A DNA stretch of 64,000 nt. Origin: a virus (lineage: Duplodnaviria > Caudoviricetes). The stretch's first letter is position 1, and every line of letters starts with the position of its first letter. Location: the IMG/VR virus record IMGVR_UViG_3300007512_001664, positions 136,820 to 200,819 of that record; one strand, 5' to 3'. Shown here piece by piece: positions 19,888 through 29,189 of the stretch. A model generated the notes under the pieces. It saw nothing but the letters and a program-made list of their open reading frames with translations. It was not told the origin of the DNA and searched no databases. The position numbers and the translations under genes are program-made.

Positions 19888-20930
19888 ACAAATTGATTAT
19901 ACAAATGTACGGTTCTTCTTATTACTTCTTCCTTGCTGTCTATGTCTAAGGATTCAATATATTCTATAATACATTGCTTAATATTCAAGTCTCCTATCTC
20001 ATTCGTTATTGCGATATTATCCCCGATACTAAATTTATGTAAATAATCTGTTACTAATGAGAACGGTGCTTCAAAATTTATAGCTGCTATTATTTTATCG
20101 AGTATGTTTGTCTTTATATCCTTATCAATAACAATTTTTATGGCTAACTTTGACCAACCGACCTCTTTTGCGATTGTTTTTAGTTTTTCGAGCTCACTTA
20201 AGTTTACTTTTACGTGAATAGGTGATATTTTATTTTCAATAAAAGTATATTCTATGCTTTGTCCACTAAGATCAAGAATATAAAAGCCTTTCTGGTCTTG
20301 TATATCATTAAAATCCATTTCAAACGGATTTCCTGCATAAATTATCTCTCCGTTTGAATATTTTCGACGCTGACGTTTGTGAAAGTGACCAGATATTATA
20401 AGGTTGGATCTTGTTAGTAAGTCACACGATTGAACGCCTGATTCACATACTTTAAAGCTATTAAAATTAAAATTTTCAATTTCAAAGTGCCCGATTATTA
20501 AATCAGAGTCTGAGATCTCACTTACACTGGTTCCCCACGGGCAAAAGCAAATATTAAACCCGAACATATTTTGCACGCTTGGTTCATTAATAATATGAAT
20601 ATTGTTCCTGTTACTTAAAATAGATAGTGAATGTACGTTAGAGTTATCTTTGTAATATGCGTCATGATTCCCGGGGATCATGAATATTTCAAAATCATTA
20701 AATAAATCTAGTAAATTATTTGCAAAGTGCAAAGATTTAACGTTTATTTCATCTCTATAGTGAAAAAAATCCCCGCCAAATATTATTTTAGTGATTTTCT
20801 CCTTTTTTAACTCCGATGTAAACCATTTCGCCCACTCAAACGCCACATCATGCCATTTTTCACTGTTTTGATGTATACCGATATGTAAATCGGAGAAGAA
20901 ACCGATTTTTTTATTGTTTTCGGTTACCAT
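19884..20930 (-). CDS. gp47: recombination endonuclease subunit (gp47, Mre11/SbcD-like)
   Basis: SDLHIG, GDFFH, GNHD, GHFE, SGHFH, YAGNP. Confidence 0.93.
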   Translation of the reverse strand: MVTENNKKIGFFSDLHIGIHQNSEKWHDVAFEWAKWFTSELKKEKITKIIFGGDFFHYRDEINVKSLHFANNLLDLFNDFEIFMIPGNHDAYYKDNSNVHSLSILSNRNNIHIINEPSVQNMFGFNICFCPWGTSVSEISDSDLIIGHFEIENFNFNSFKVCESGVQSCDLLTRSNLIISGHFHKRQRRKYSNGEIIYAGNPFEMDFNDIQDQKGFYILDLSGQSIEYTFIENKISPIHVKVNLSELEKLKTIAKEVGWSKLAIKIVIDKDIKTNILDKIIAAINFEAPFSLVTDYLHKFSIGDNIAITNEIGDLNIKQCIIEYIESLDIDSKEEVIRRTVHLYNQFV

Positions 20931-21370
20931 TATGTGTATAATTCTCGATCGTAATCTTTAACTGGTTGTTTATTAAAAATTTTTTCTTCATTAGCTAAAG
21001 ATCCATATACTTGCTCTTGATAATCATTAATTGTTTCTCTATATTTTTTTTCCTTCTTTATTCTATTAATAAATGCGTGATATGCAATAGTAGTAAAATA
21101 TGAAAACGGATTTGACTCAGAATCAAGATTAAATTTTTTATTTTTTACAGCAGCTATCATTTTTACAACAGCATCACCTATCATTTCGTCTTTATAACTA
21201 TAGTTTATAAAGTTCGGAGAATAACTTAAACCGACAGCGATTTTATAAACTGACTCAGCTAGTTCGTCGATTAAATCATCCGTGCTATAATATTCTGTTA
21301 GTTGTTGTAAAAATTGTTTTGGATTAACGTAATATGTTTTTTTATTTGGTTTCTTTGTCTTTGGTTTCAT
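20930..21370 (-). CDS. gp55: late-transcription sigma factor (gp55)
   Basis: YYVNPK, IAVGLSYSPNFINYSYKDEMIGDA, NPFSYFTTIAYHAFINRIKKEKK. Confidence 0.92.
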   Translation of the reverse strand: MKPKTKKPNKKTYYVNPKQFLQQLTEYYSTDDLIDELAESVYKIAVGLSYSPNFINYSYKDEMIGDAVVKMIAAVKNKKFNLDSESNPFSYFTTIAYHAFINRIKKEKKYRETINDYQEQVYGSLANEEKIFNKQPVKDYDRELYT

Positions 21371-22793
21371 GATACTGGGTAAATTTATATTTTATATGTT
21401 CGCTGTCATACAATGATAACCGTTGCTCTACATGACGTTGACCGTAACGTAGATTATCAGCGATATCAAAGATTATAAGCTCTTTCTTATCATTATGCAA
21501 GCGCAGGCCTCGACCTATACTTTGTATAATTTTTATCTTTGCTTTTCCACCGCTAGCAAACACTAAATAATGTAAATTTTTAATATTAATACCTGTAGAA
21601 AATATTTTTGATATAGCGACGATTATTATATCTTTTTGGCGCTCCATTAATTCTTGTATTTTTTTACGCTCTTTTACTTCCACGTCTCCCCTAATAAAAT
21701 ATATTTGTTTATTTTTACAAATATCTGTTAAGGTATTAAGCAATAACTCACCATGTTCTATATAATCGATTAGAATTAATGCATTATTATCTAATTTATC
21801 TGCTAATTTAGCTAATAAATTATTTCTAAAAGAATTCCTTCTTATAAATTCACTCTCTTGTAAATAATACGCATTGGAATTATTTCCTTGATAGATTTCA
21901 GTCGAGGGAGTGTTGTAAGTTAATTCTAAGACATGTACCTTTGCTGGTACAACATAATTTTCATCTCTTAATTCATGAGCTTTCTTTTCGAATAATTGCG
22001 GTCCTATCTTTCCTAGAATATTCCATTTGTCGAGTAGATCATCTGGTAACGTTCCTGTGAAACCGAAGCGGTGAGGAGTAGTAATTTTTTTAAGAATATT
22101 ATTTATTTTATTACCTCTCCTTACTTTATGTACTTCATCTACAATTAAAAAATCAATATGCTCTATCCATGAAATATCTTGCTTCGAACTTTGTAGTATG
22201 CCTAGATTAGCTATAATAATATTGCGAGACAATATTAATTCATCTTTACCTGTATATTTGGTAGTCGAAAAGGATACTCCATATTCTTCGAAATCAGAAG
22301 TTGTTTGATTTACTAATCCTAAATCAGGTACAATAATTAACCCTTTAAAATTTTTACTGTAATTTTGATAATAAAATTCTAATAGCCCTGCCATGGTTAA
22401 AGTCTTACCTCCTGCAGTAGCTAATATTATTGTACCACGTCCTTGATTAATACATTTAGTAATTATATCCTGTTGATAATCTCTAAATTTTAAATTTAAA
22501 TCATAGTCGATAATATTATCTTTACGTAATGTCGGTATAAGTGAATTTTTTATATCTTTAGAAAAATTAATTTTTATATCTTTTGTTTTGCAGAGTTTTG
22601 CAATTTCAACCAAAAGACCAACATCGGTTTTTCCTTGTTGAGTAATTACATAAGTTCGTGGAGGTACAAACCTTCCAAATCTTCTTTGAAAATGCGCATT
22701 TTCATTTTTTACACTAAAATGCTCTCTAATAATATCTAACTCAGGTCCCTTTAATACAGCTTGAGAGTTTGAATTTAATGTTATATCAATCAT
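21342..22793 (-). CDS. uvsW: SF2 DNA helicase UvsW
   Basis: RDYQ, ATAGGKT, VDEVH, GFTGT, FSTGINIKNL, QSIGRGLR, FDIAD. Confidence 0.95.
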   Translation of the reverse strand: MIDITLNSNSQAVLKGPELDIIREHFSVKNENAHFQRRFGRFVPPRTYVITQQGKTDVGLLVEIAKLCKTKDIKINFSKDIKNSLIPTLRKDNIIDYDLNLKFRDYQQDIITKCINQGRGTIILATAGGKTLTMAGLLEFYYQNYSKNFKGLIIVPDLGLVNQTTSDFEEYGVSFSTTKYTGKDELILSRNIIIANLGILQSSKQDISWIEHIDFLIVDEVHKVRRGNKINNILKKITTPHRFGFTGTLPDDLLDKWNILGKIGPQLFEKKAHELRDENYVVPAKVHVLELTYNTPSTEIYQGNNSNAYYLQESEFIRRNSFRNNLLAKLADKLDNNALILIDYIEHGELLLNTLTDICKNKQIYFIRGDVEVKERKKIQELMERQKDIIIVAISKIFSTGINIKNLHYLVFASGGKAKIKIIQSIGRGLRLHNDKKELIIFDIADNLRYGQRHVEQRLSLYDSEHIKYKFTQYHETKDKETK

Positions 22794-23194
22794 TGAGTTT
22801 CGAGTTTCATTAACTCTACTAAATTTTTTATATCATTTGTTGCGAAGCTTATGTTTTTATATATATTTTCTAAAAAACTAATAATCAGAATTTCATTTTC
22901 AATTTTCCGATCTATACTTTTAATTTCTTTTTTATTCTCAACGGCTTTTTGAGCAATTGATTTATTCACCCGTACGGGTTCTTTATCTTGATAATCAGTT
23001 ATATATTTTTCTAGGAGAGTAGATCGCTCAGATTTAAAATTATTTAATTTAATTTTATGATTAATTAATCTAGCCGACCACTTATGCTTATTAGCAACTA
23101 GCTGTTCTTGCGTAGATGTAACTTCTAATCGATCTAAATTTGTATCTATACTTGCTTCTTTAAGATACTGATTGATAATATCACCAATCTCCAT
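22790..23194 (-). CDS. uvsY: recombination mediator UvsY-like
   Basis: 134 aa helical protein next to uvsW; HKW..L and IKNLVELMK terminal pattern. Confidence 0.75.
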   Translation of the reverse strand: MEIGDIINQYLKEASIDTNLDRLEVTSTQEQLVANKHKWSARLINHKIKLNNFKSERSTLLEKYITDYQDKEPVRVNKSIAQKAVENKKEIKSIDRKIENEILIISFLENIYKNISFATNDIKNLVELMKLETQ

Positions 23195-23200
23195 TTATTT

Positions 23201-23227
23201 ATTATACCGTTTTTTAAAAAAAGTCAA
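23201..23227 (-). promoter_or_regulatory. sigma70-like promoter TTGACT-N15-TATAAT for the leftward replication operon, ATG 6 nt downstream
   Basis: Read on the reverse strand at the strand-switch point; the spacer is short. Confidence 0.55.
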
Positions 23228-23245
23228 CTTATTAACCGTTATGCG

Positions 23246-23252
23246 ATAAATA
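23246..23252 (+). promoter_or_regulatory. T4-type late promoter core ATAAATA
   Basis: 6 nt before ATG 23259; the motif recurs at matching positions before other genes. Confidence 0.6.
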
Positions 23253-23258
23253 CTTAAT

Positions 23259-23486
23259 ATGCCTCTTAAGTTATTCGATCAAGCAGTTACACACTATCTA
23301 ACTGATAATACCGTTGCGTCTGCTAATATAGGTCCAACAGGAGCGCAAGGCGCAGGAGATTTTACTACTGCGGATTCATATGCACCTGGTGATGCAAGAA
23401 TGCCTAAGATATTAGGTGATACTATTACACGTAAAGGTAAAGCAAAAAAGAAGCGCAAAAAGAAAAAAGTTGCAAGTTCTAGCTAA
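23259..23486 (+). CDS. small protein with Lys-rich C terminus
   Basis: Ends RKGKAKKKRKKKKVASSS; preceded by the late motif. Confidence 0.7.
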   Translation: MPLKLFDQAVTHYLTDNTVASANIGPTGAQGAGDFTTADSYAPGDARMPKILGDTITRKGKAKKKRKKKKVASSS

Positions 23487-23503
23487 AGAATAAGTAACTA
23501 TAT

Positions 23504-24007
23504 ATGCCTAGCGCAGCCAAACAGAAGGGTAACGCATGGGAGAGAGAAGTTGCTAAGGATTTAAGTGAAGTTTTTAATGAAAATTTTATTAGAGTTCCAA
23601 ATTCCGGAGCCTATACTGGAGGCGCTAATTTTCACCGACTTGATCAATTAACCGAAGACCAAAAACGTATGATGGATGGAGATATAATGGTACCTCCGTG
23701 CATGTCTAAATTTAAATTAGAATGTAAGAATTATAAAACGTTTGAATATCATAGGTTATTTACTGAAAATAAAACATTAGATAAATGGATTAAACAAGCA
23801 GAGAGTGGTAGATTATGGTTTTTAATAATTAAAGTAACTAGAAAAGGTAGTTATTTATTATTCCATAAAGATATATCTCATTATTTCCGTTTTGAAAATT
23901 ACTTGCGTTATACAAAGAATTATATTATAATTAAGTATGATAATTTTTGGAAGAGTAATGTAGATGCAATTAGAAAACTTAACGAAAATCCACCACCAGA
24001 GCTATAA
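23504..24007 (+). CDS. Holliday junction resolvase (Hjc-like PD-(D/E)xK nuclease)
   Basis: KGNAWEREVA, RVPNSGA, GDI, LECKNY. Confidence 0.8.
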   Translation: MPSAAKQKGNAWEREVAKDLSEVFNENFIRVPNSGAYTGGANFHRLDQLTEDQKRMMDGDIMVPPCMSKFKLECKNYKTFEYHRLFTENKTLDKWIKQAESGRLWFLIIKVTRKGSYLLFHKDISHYFRFENYLRYTKNYIIIKYDNFWKSNVDAIRKLNENPPPEL

Positions 24008-24506
24008 GTTACCTAATTCTTTTTTCAATATTGTTAATTTTACTCCGGTTATAGAATATATTCATAATTCATCGATTGATAAGATATCTGAATTTGATAG
24101 TGAGTTAAAGTTTAATAACAAACAGCATAAAAAATATATATTTCATTATTTTATACATTATACTTGTGAAGTATTAAAAATTTGTAATAATAAGAAAAAA
24201 CCGGTAATATATTTTGACGTCACTAACGCGCTTAATAAAGAGTATATTCCCTTTTTAAACGTTTTTGCGAAGAAATTTCCAGTTATTATAATACGTGAAC
24301 CATTATCCTTTAAAGAATTTAAGAAAACACTTAAATGTGATGGTGTTTCAATAGAGTTAATTATATTGTTAATGAGAAAACTTAAAAAGATACAAATCGG
24401 TAAGTTTTATTTTAGTAAATTACAATACTTTTGTAAGCGTTATGAGTTAACCTTTTTAGATAAAACATATTTCAATGATATAAGAAATAAGCTTTCGCTG
24501 CTATAA
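23964..24506 (+). CDS. hypothetical protein (180 aa)
   Basis: ORF in operon. Confidence 0.6.
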   Translation: MQLENLTKIHHQSYKLPNSFFNIVNFTPVIEYIHNSSIDKISEFDSELKFNNKQHKKYIFHYFIHYTCEVLKICNNKKKPVIYFDVTNALNKEYIPFLNVFAKKFPVIIIREPLSFKEFKKTLKCDGVSIELIILLMRKLKKIQIGKFYFSKLQYFCKRYELTFLDKTYFNDIRNKLSLL

Positions 24507-24509
24507 ATA
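24502..24509 (+). promoter_or_regulatory. late promoter TATAAATA
   Basis: Exact T4 late consensus, 6 nt before ATG 24516. Confidence 0.7.
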
Positions 24510-24515
24510 ATTAAG

Positions 24516-25682
24516 ATGAGTAAGTTTCTTAAAAAAATCGCTGAATTGACAACAGGTCATGATGATACGCACTCTACTGAGACTCAAACCCTTGCTAACC
24601 TAAGAAAAAAGCAGAAGGAGACGCCTAATGATCTTACTGATGATGAAAAGCGAGCATTAAAAGATGATGATGAAAGAACTAAAAAGCTCCAAACCAAGGT
24701 TCAACGGGATATACAGGCCTTAAATTCTTCAACAGAAGTAATTAACTCAATGCTCATCGAGGCTCCAGGAGATGAATTTGTTCCTAGACAAGGACCACCT
24801 GTTGGTGGTGAATTTGAACCAGCTATTCCGCCTCCTGGAGTTGGAGCTCCACCGTTACCGGATCCTGTTCAAGAGCCAGCTGAACCGTTAACGACAGAAG
24901 GAGAAACATTTTTAGTAAATCTTGCTCGTAAAGCATTACATATTAACTTAGATGATGTATTACTATCAGACGCTGATAGAGAACTTATTAATAAAGATGC
25001 TGAACCAGAAACTGCTAAAAAGGTAGCTAAAATTGTACACAAGATACTAGTCGATCAAGGATATACTGAAAGTTTTGTTAATAAAGCAGACATGGTCCTC
25101 GAGGATCTATTAAAAAAAAACGATAAAGTAGTTGTTCTTGTTCCTGGTAGCTTTAAACCACCTCATAAAGGTCATTATGAAATGGTCGAACATTATAGCC
25201 GAGCCTATCCTGATGGTCATGTACATGTTTTAATTTCTGCACCGTCTGCTAAGAGTGAGAGAAGAACTAAAGACGGTAAAGTAATTACTCCATCTGCTGC
25301 TGCGCAGATTTTTGAACTATACGTTCAACCTCTTAATAATGTAACAGTAAGTATTTCTGAATATCCGTCCCCAGTTACGGCAGCGTATGAATCTCTTAAG
25401 ACGTTAGATACTGGAACAACGGTAGTTTTAGGAGCTAGTACAAAAGATAATGATTGGAAGCGCTGGTCATATGCACGTCCATGGGCCGAGAAAGAAGGAT
25501 TAGGTTTAAATATCCTCGACCCGGAACAGACTGCAGTTAATGTTAGTACAAATCCATCAGGCCGTCCTTATAGCGCTAGTAATATTAGAGATAATTTTGA
25601 CGATTTTGAAAAAATAAGGACTGACATACCGGAGCATGTCAATCCTGAGGAGGTTAAGCAAGTTTTTGATTCTCTTCAGTAA
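24516..25682 (+). CDS. cytidyltransferase-like (HxGH) nucleotidyltransferase with long N-terminal extension
   Basis: PGSFKPPHKGH, LGASTKD, SASNIR; N-terminal half acidic and Pro-rich. Confidence 0.85.
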   Translation: MSKFLKKIAELTTGHDDTHSTETQTLANLRKKQKETPNDLTDDEKRALKDDDERTKKLQTKVQRDIQALNSSTEVINSMLIEAPGDEFVPRQGPPVGGEFEPAIPPPGVGAPPLPDPVQEPAEPLTTEGETFLVNLARKALHINLDDVLLSDADRELINKDAEPETAKKVAKIVHKILVDQGYTESFVNKADMVLEDLLKKNDKVVVLVPGSFKPPHKGHYEMVEHYSRAYPDGHVHVLISAPSAKSERRTKDGKVITPSAAAQIFELYVQPLNNVTVSISEYPSPVTAAYESLKTLDTGTTVVLGASTKDNDWKRWSYARPWAEKEGLGLNILDPEQTAVNVSTNPSGRPYSASNIRDNFDDFEKIRTDIPEHVNPEEVKQVFDSLQ

Positions 25683-26330
25683 TTATTTTAAATCTCTGAC
25701 AAAATCATAGAACTCTTGACGAGTTAAATCTGTTTTATCTAAAAACGCTCCTGACATTCTAGCAGTTTTCATAATACTATCATGCTTTACTCCACGAAGA
25801 CCAGCACAAGTATGATTAGCTGATACTAAAACAGCAACCCCTTTATTATCTTTACATACTTCATTCATATAATTATGAATTTGCATAGTTAAGTTTTCTT
25901 GTACTTGTGGTCTTCTTGAAAACCATTCAACAATTCGGTTAATTTTACTTAAACCAATCACCTTACCATCTTTACCTGGTATATAAGATACATGAGCTTG
26001 ACCGATAAACGGTAAATGGTGGTGAGAACAAAAAGAATTAACTTTAATATTACCTTGAAATACTAATCCATCATATTTATCAACATTATCAAATGCTGTG
26101 ATTTTAGGAGGTTCATTATAACAACCCTCAGCTAATTCATTAACAAACGCTTTTGCTACTCGTCTCGGTGTGTCTGCGCTGTTTGGATCATTTCTCCAGT
26201 CGAAACCTAAGGCATCCATATAACACTCATAAGCAGCAGAGGCCTTTTCAATAATTAATTCTTTTTCTTGTTCAGTTCTGGGCTTGTTACCATTAGCGTA
26301 TTGAAGTAAATCCTCATTCATATGAATCAT
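25683..26330 (-). CDS. folE: GTP cyclohydrolase I (true start probably Met at 26321)
   Basis: TPRRVAK, SFCSHHHLPF, GLSKINRIVEWFSRRPQVQE, HTCAGLRG. Confidence 0.96.
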   Translation of the reverse strand: MIHMNEDLLQYANGNKPRTEQEKELIIEKASAAYECYMDALGFDWRNDPNSADTPRRVAKAFVNELAEGCYNEPPKITAFDNVDKYDGLVFQGNIKVNSFCSHHHLPFIGQAHVSYIPGKDGKVIGLSKINRIVEWFSRRPQVQENLTMQIHNYMNEVCKDNKGVAVLVSANHTCAGLRGVKHDSIMKTARMSGAFLDKTDLTRQEFYDFVRDLK

Positions 26331-26356
26331 TATAGTGTATTCGATTTATAAATCAA
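26329..26356 (-). promoter_or_regulatory. sigma70-like promoter TTGATT-N16-TATAAT for folE
   Basis: The -10 box overlaps the first ATG, so the ATG at 26321 (7 nt downstream) is the likely start. Confidence 0.6.
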
Positions 26357-26368
26357 CTAAATAATTAC

Positions 26369-26542
26369 ATGAAATCTATTTTATTATGCGGAGGAAAAGC
26401 ATGCTGTCCGACGTTATCCTTATATGAAGACAAAAAAACAGTCCAAATTACGGATGATGATAATAATACTATTAAGATGGATGTATCTCAAGCTAAATTA
26501 ATTGATAAAGCCTTAAGGGACCTCTTAAAGGAGGATCAATAA
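26369..26542 (+). CDS. small hypothetical protein (57 aa, CGGKACCP)
   Basis: Manual translation MKSILLCGGKACCPTLSLYEDKKTVQITDDDNNTIKMDVSQAKLIDKALRDLLKEDQ; CTAAATA late-like motif 5 nt upstream; not in the ORF track. Confidence 0.7.
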   Translation: MKSILLCGGKACCPTLSLYEDKKTVQITDDDNNTIKMDVSQAKLIDKALRDLLKEDQ

Positions 26543-26826
26543 TAATTATTATCGATATATTAGCGTGTATCGGTTTAACGTTTATTCTTAAATACGGTAC
26601 TATTCTTAATTTTCCTAGAAAACTTCTTACTAGATTGTCGTTTTTACGAGAGTTGTTTAAATGTAGTTTATGTTTAGGGTTCTGGTCAGGTGTTATTGTG
26701 TATTTTGTAAGTAAAAACGATTATATTTTGTTTCCATTTGTCAGCGCTGGTGTATGTTGGATAGTCGATAATTTTAATAATGTTTTACAATCCATAGAAT
26801 TAAAACTTGATAAAGAAGAGAAATAA
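26542..26826 (+). CDS. small membrane protein with CxxC (DUF1360-like), probable ATA start
   Basis: The frame is open upstream of the tracked TTG (IIIIDILACIGLTFILKYG..LFKCSLCLGFWSG); two to three hydrophobic segments. Confidence 0.6.
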   Translation: MIIIDILACIGLTFILKYGTILNFPRKLLTRLSFLRELFKCSLCLGFWSGVIVYFVSKNDYILFPFVSAGVCWIVDNFNNVLQSIELKLDKEEK

Positions 26827-26841
26827 TATATAATCTCATTT

Positions 26842-27327
26842 ATGAGTTTTACTAGTACAAAAATTATTGAACTCGGTAGTTGTGCTTTCCGACAACCAAA
26901 AGCAGAATCACATTGCAGATTTATACATGGATATAGATTAACTGCTAAGTTCTGGTTCGGGGCTAATCAATTAGATAAAAATAATTGGGTAGTTGATTTC
27001 GGTAGTTTAAAGCATCTTAAAAAAGTACTACAAGGTCAATTTGATCACACTCTAGTAATTGCTGCAGATGATCCTGCGATAAGAGCCTTTAAAATGTTAA
27101 ATGACGATGACATTGTGGATTTAAGAATTATGGATGGTGTTGGTATTGAGAAATTTGCTGAGTATTGTTTTAATACTGCTAATAATTTTATTAAAGAGAG
27201 TACAGAGGGTAGGTGCTGGGTAGATAAAGTCGAAGTATTTGAACACGAAAATAATTCTGCTATTTATACAGATAAAATGGTCACAACTATGAGATTTGTT
27301 GACCACACGGATCAAGATAATGGGTAA
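26842..27327 (+). CDS. queD: 6-carboxy-5,6,7,8-tetrahydropterin synthase
   Basis: CAFRQ..HCRFIHGY, VVDFG, FDHT, GIEKFA, VEVFE. Confidence 0.93.
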   Translation: MSFTSTKIIELGSCAFRQPKAESHCRFIHGYRLTAKFWFGANQLDKNNWVVDFGSLKHLKKVLQGQFDHTLVIAADDPAIRAFKMLNDDDIVDLRIMDGVGIEKFAEYCFNTANNFIKESTEGRCWVDKVEVFEHENNSAIYTDKMVTTMRFVDHTDQDNG

Positions 27328-27469
27328 AGGTAGTAAGCGCCGGAAAGAGGATACCAGTAAACTTAATGATAACTGGGATGACATAAAGTGGGATAAACCT
27401 AAGAAGAAGGAAGTAGAACCGAAGGCTCGAGACATAAAAGACTTATATTTAAATGACAAATCTTTATAA
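27320..27469 (+). CDS. small hypothetical protein (49 aa, MGKGSKRR..NWDDI)
   Basis: Manual translation; bridges queD and queE with overlaps at both ends. Confidence 0.6.
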   Translation: MGKGSKRRKEDTSKLNDNWDDIKWDKPKKKEVEPKARDIKDLYLNDKSL

Positions 27470-28214
27470 AGAAGATCTTAGTGATAAGACAATACTGCTA
27501 TCTGATGATAAAGTATTTTATACTGTAGAAGGAGAAGGAGAGTTTGTAGGATATCCTTCAGTCTTTATGCGATTATCTATGTGTAACCTTACATGTCAGG
27601 GTTTCGCTTCAGATGACTCTCCGCATGGTTGTGATAGTTATGTATCTTGGAGTGTAAAGAATAGAATTACAAATGCTGACTTATTACAACACTTAGAACA
27701 GGAAGGTTTTGAAAAGCATTTATATAACGGAGCTATATGGAAGATTACAGGCGGTGAGCCTTTAGTACAGCAGCCCGCATTGCTTAGGTTTTTAGCATAT
27801 ATGGAGGTAGAATGGGGTTGGGTACCTAGAATTGATTTTGAAACCAACGCTACAATTATGCCTGATAAAGAATGGATTAGAGTTGGTGCTACATTTACTA
27901 CTTCTCCTAAGCTTAGTAATAACGGTGACCCAGAAAATAGGAGATATAAACCTAATGTATTAGAATGGCATGCAAACCAGGGATCTGGTTTTAAATTCGT
28001 CATAAGTAAAGAATCAGATTTAGATGAAGTAATGAAAAAGTATGTTGATAAGTTTGATATACCTACAGGTCGTGTCTGGTTAATGCCTTGCGCTGGTAGT
28101 AGAAAAGAGCATATTGAAGTTGCTCCTATGGTTGCAGAGTTAGCTAAAAAGCATCACTTTAATTTTAGTCCTAGGCTGCATTTACTAGTATGGGATATGG
28201 CCTTAAAGGTATAA
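27453..28214 (+). CDS. queE: 7-carboxy-7-deazaguanine synthase (radical SAM)
   Basis: FYTVEGEG, FMRLSMCNLTC..GCDS, ITGGEPL, FETN, SPKL, FKFV, RLH. Confidence 0.93.
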   Translation: MTNLYKEDLSDKTILLSDDKVFYTVEGEGEFVGYPSVFMRLSMCNLTCQGFASDDSPHGCDSYVSWSVKNRITNADLLQHLEQEGFEKHLYNGAIWKITGGEPLVQQPALLRFLAYMEVEWGWVPRIDFETNATIMPDKEWIRVGATFTTSPKLSNNGDPENRRYKPNVLEWHANQGSGFKFVISKESDLDEVMKKYVDKFDIPTGRVWLMPCAGSRKEHIEVAPMVAELAKKHHFNFSPRLHLLVWDMALKV

Positions 28215-28234
28215 CTAAATAAATATTAATTAAT

Positions 28235-28993
28235 ATGAGGATTGCAATTAGTGGAACCGCGTGTCAGGGTAAAACTACTTTAATTAAAGACTTCTTAGAG
28301 CAATGGCCGAGTTATACTACCCCTAAAAAGACCTATAGAGACATAATTAAAGAAAATAATCTCGAGCATTCATCAAAAACTAATAAAAAAACACAAAAGA
28401 AAATATTAGATTTTATGATTAAAGAGCAAAAAAAATATCGTAGCTCTGATAATGTAATTTTTGATAGATGTCCACTAGATAATCTTGTATATAGCATGTG
28501 GGCAACCGAACAACCTGAGGTAGATATAGATGATGATTTTGTACAGGAATGTATTCCTCTCGTTAGAGAGAGTTTTCGTAATTTAGATATTATATTTTTT
28601 ACACCTATAACAAAAGTTGCTCCTGTTGAATTAACAGAAGACGATTTACGAGATACTGACCCTAAAGTTATAGAGGAAGTAGATAATATTTTTAAAGCTA
28701 TGCACCGAGAATACATGAATAATGATTCGAGTGTGTTTTTTATTAAAGATGATAAACCTGGTATTATAGAAGTATTTGGTAATCAGAGAGAACGTATACA
28801 AATACTTAAACTTTATATTGATGCTGAGGGAGATATACATCCGGGCGGCGATCTTATCGATGAAGATATGCTATCTGATATGAAAGCATTAAGTGGTGTG
28901 TGGGCAGATGTAGATCCTACAGAGCATTCTCATTTACGAAAAGCATTAGAAGAGCAAATTGAGAAAGATAAGGCGGGTCGTATGAATAAATAA
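28235..28993 (+). CDS. P-loop nucleotide kinase-like protein (AAA_28/dNMP-kinase-like)
   Basis: IAISGTACQGKTT, IFDRCPLDNLVY. Confidence 0.75.
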   Translation: MRIAISGTACQGKTTLIKDFLEQWPSYTTPKKTYRDIIKENNLEHSSKTNKKTQKKILDFMIKEQKKYRSSDNVIFDRCPLDNLVYSMWATEQPEVDIDDDFVQECIPLVRESFRNLDIIFFTPITKVAPVELTEDDLRDTDPKVIEEVDNIFKAMHREYMNNDSSVFFIKDDKPGIIEVFGNQRERIQILKLYIDAEGDIHPGGDLIDEDMLSDMKALSGVWADVDPTEHSHLRKALEEQIEKDKAGRMNK

Positions 28994-28997
28994 TTAT

Positions 28998-29189
28998 ATG
29001 ACGGATTATGATAAATTATGTGAACGATATATGACTAGACAGGTGCGTTCATTTTATCCACGTAAATTTGAATTATCACAAGAATTTATTGATGCATTTA
29101 AATTAGAATATTCTCGATTAGCTGAAAGCGGTCAAAACAAAAAAACATTATTAGAAAGAATTCGTAAAGCCTTAAGCTTCCATCTTTAA
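28998..29189 (+). CDS. hypothetical protein (63 aa)
   Basis: ATAAATA 5 nt upstream. Confidence 0.65.
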   Translation: MTDYDKLCERYMTRQVRSFYPRKFELSQEFIDAFKLEYSRLAESGQNKKTLLERIRKALSFHL

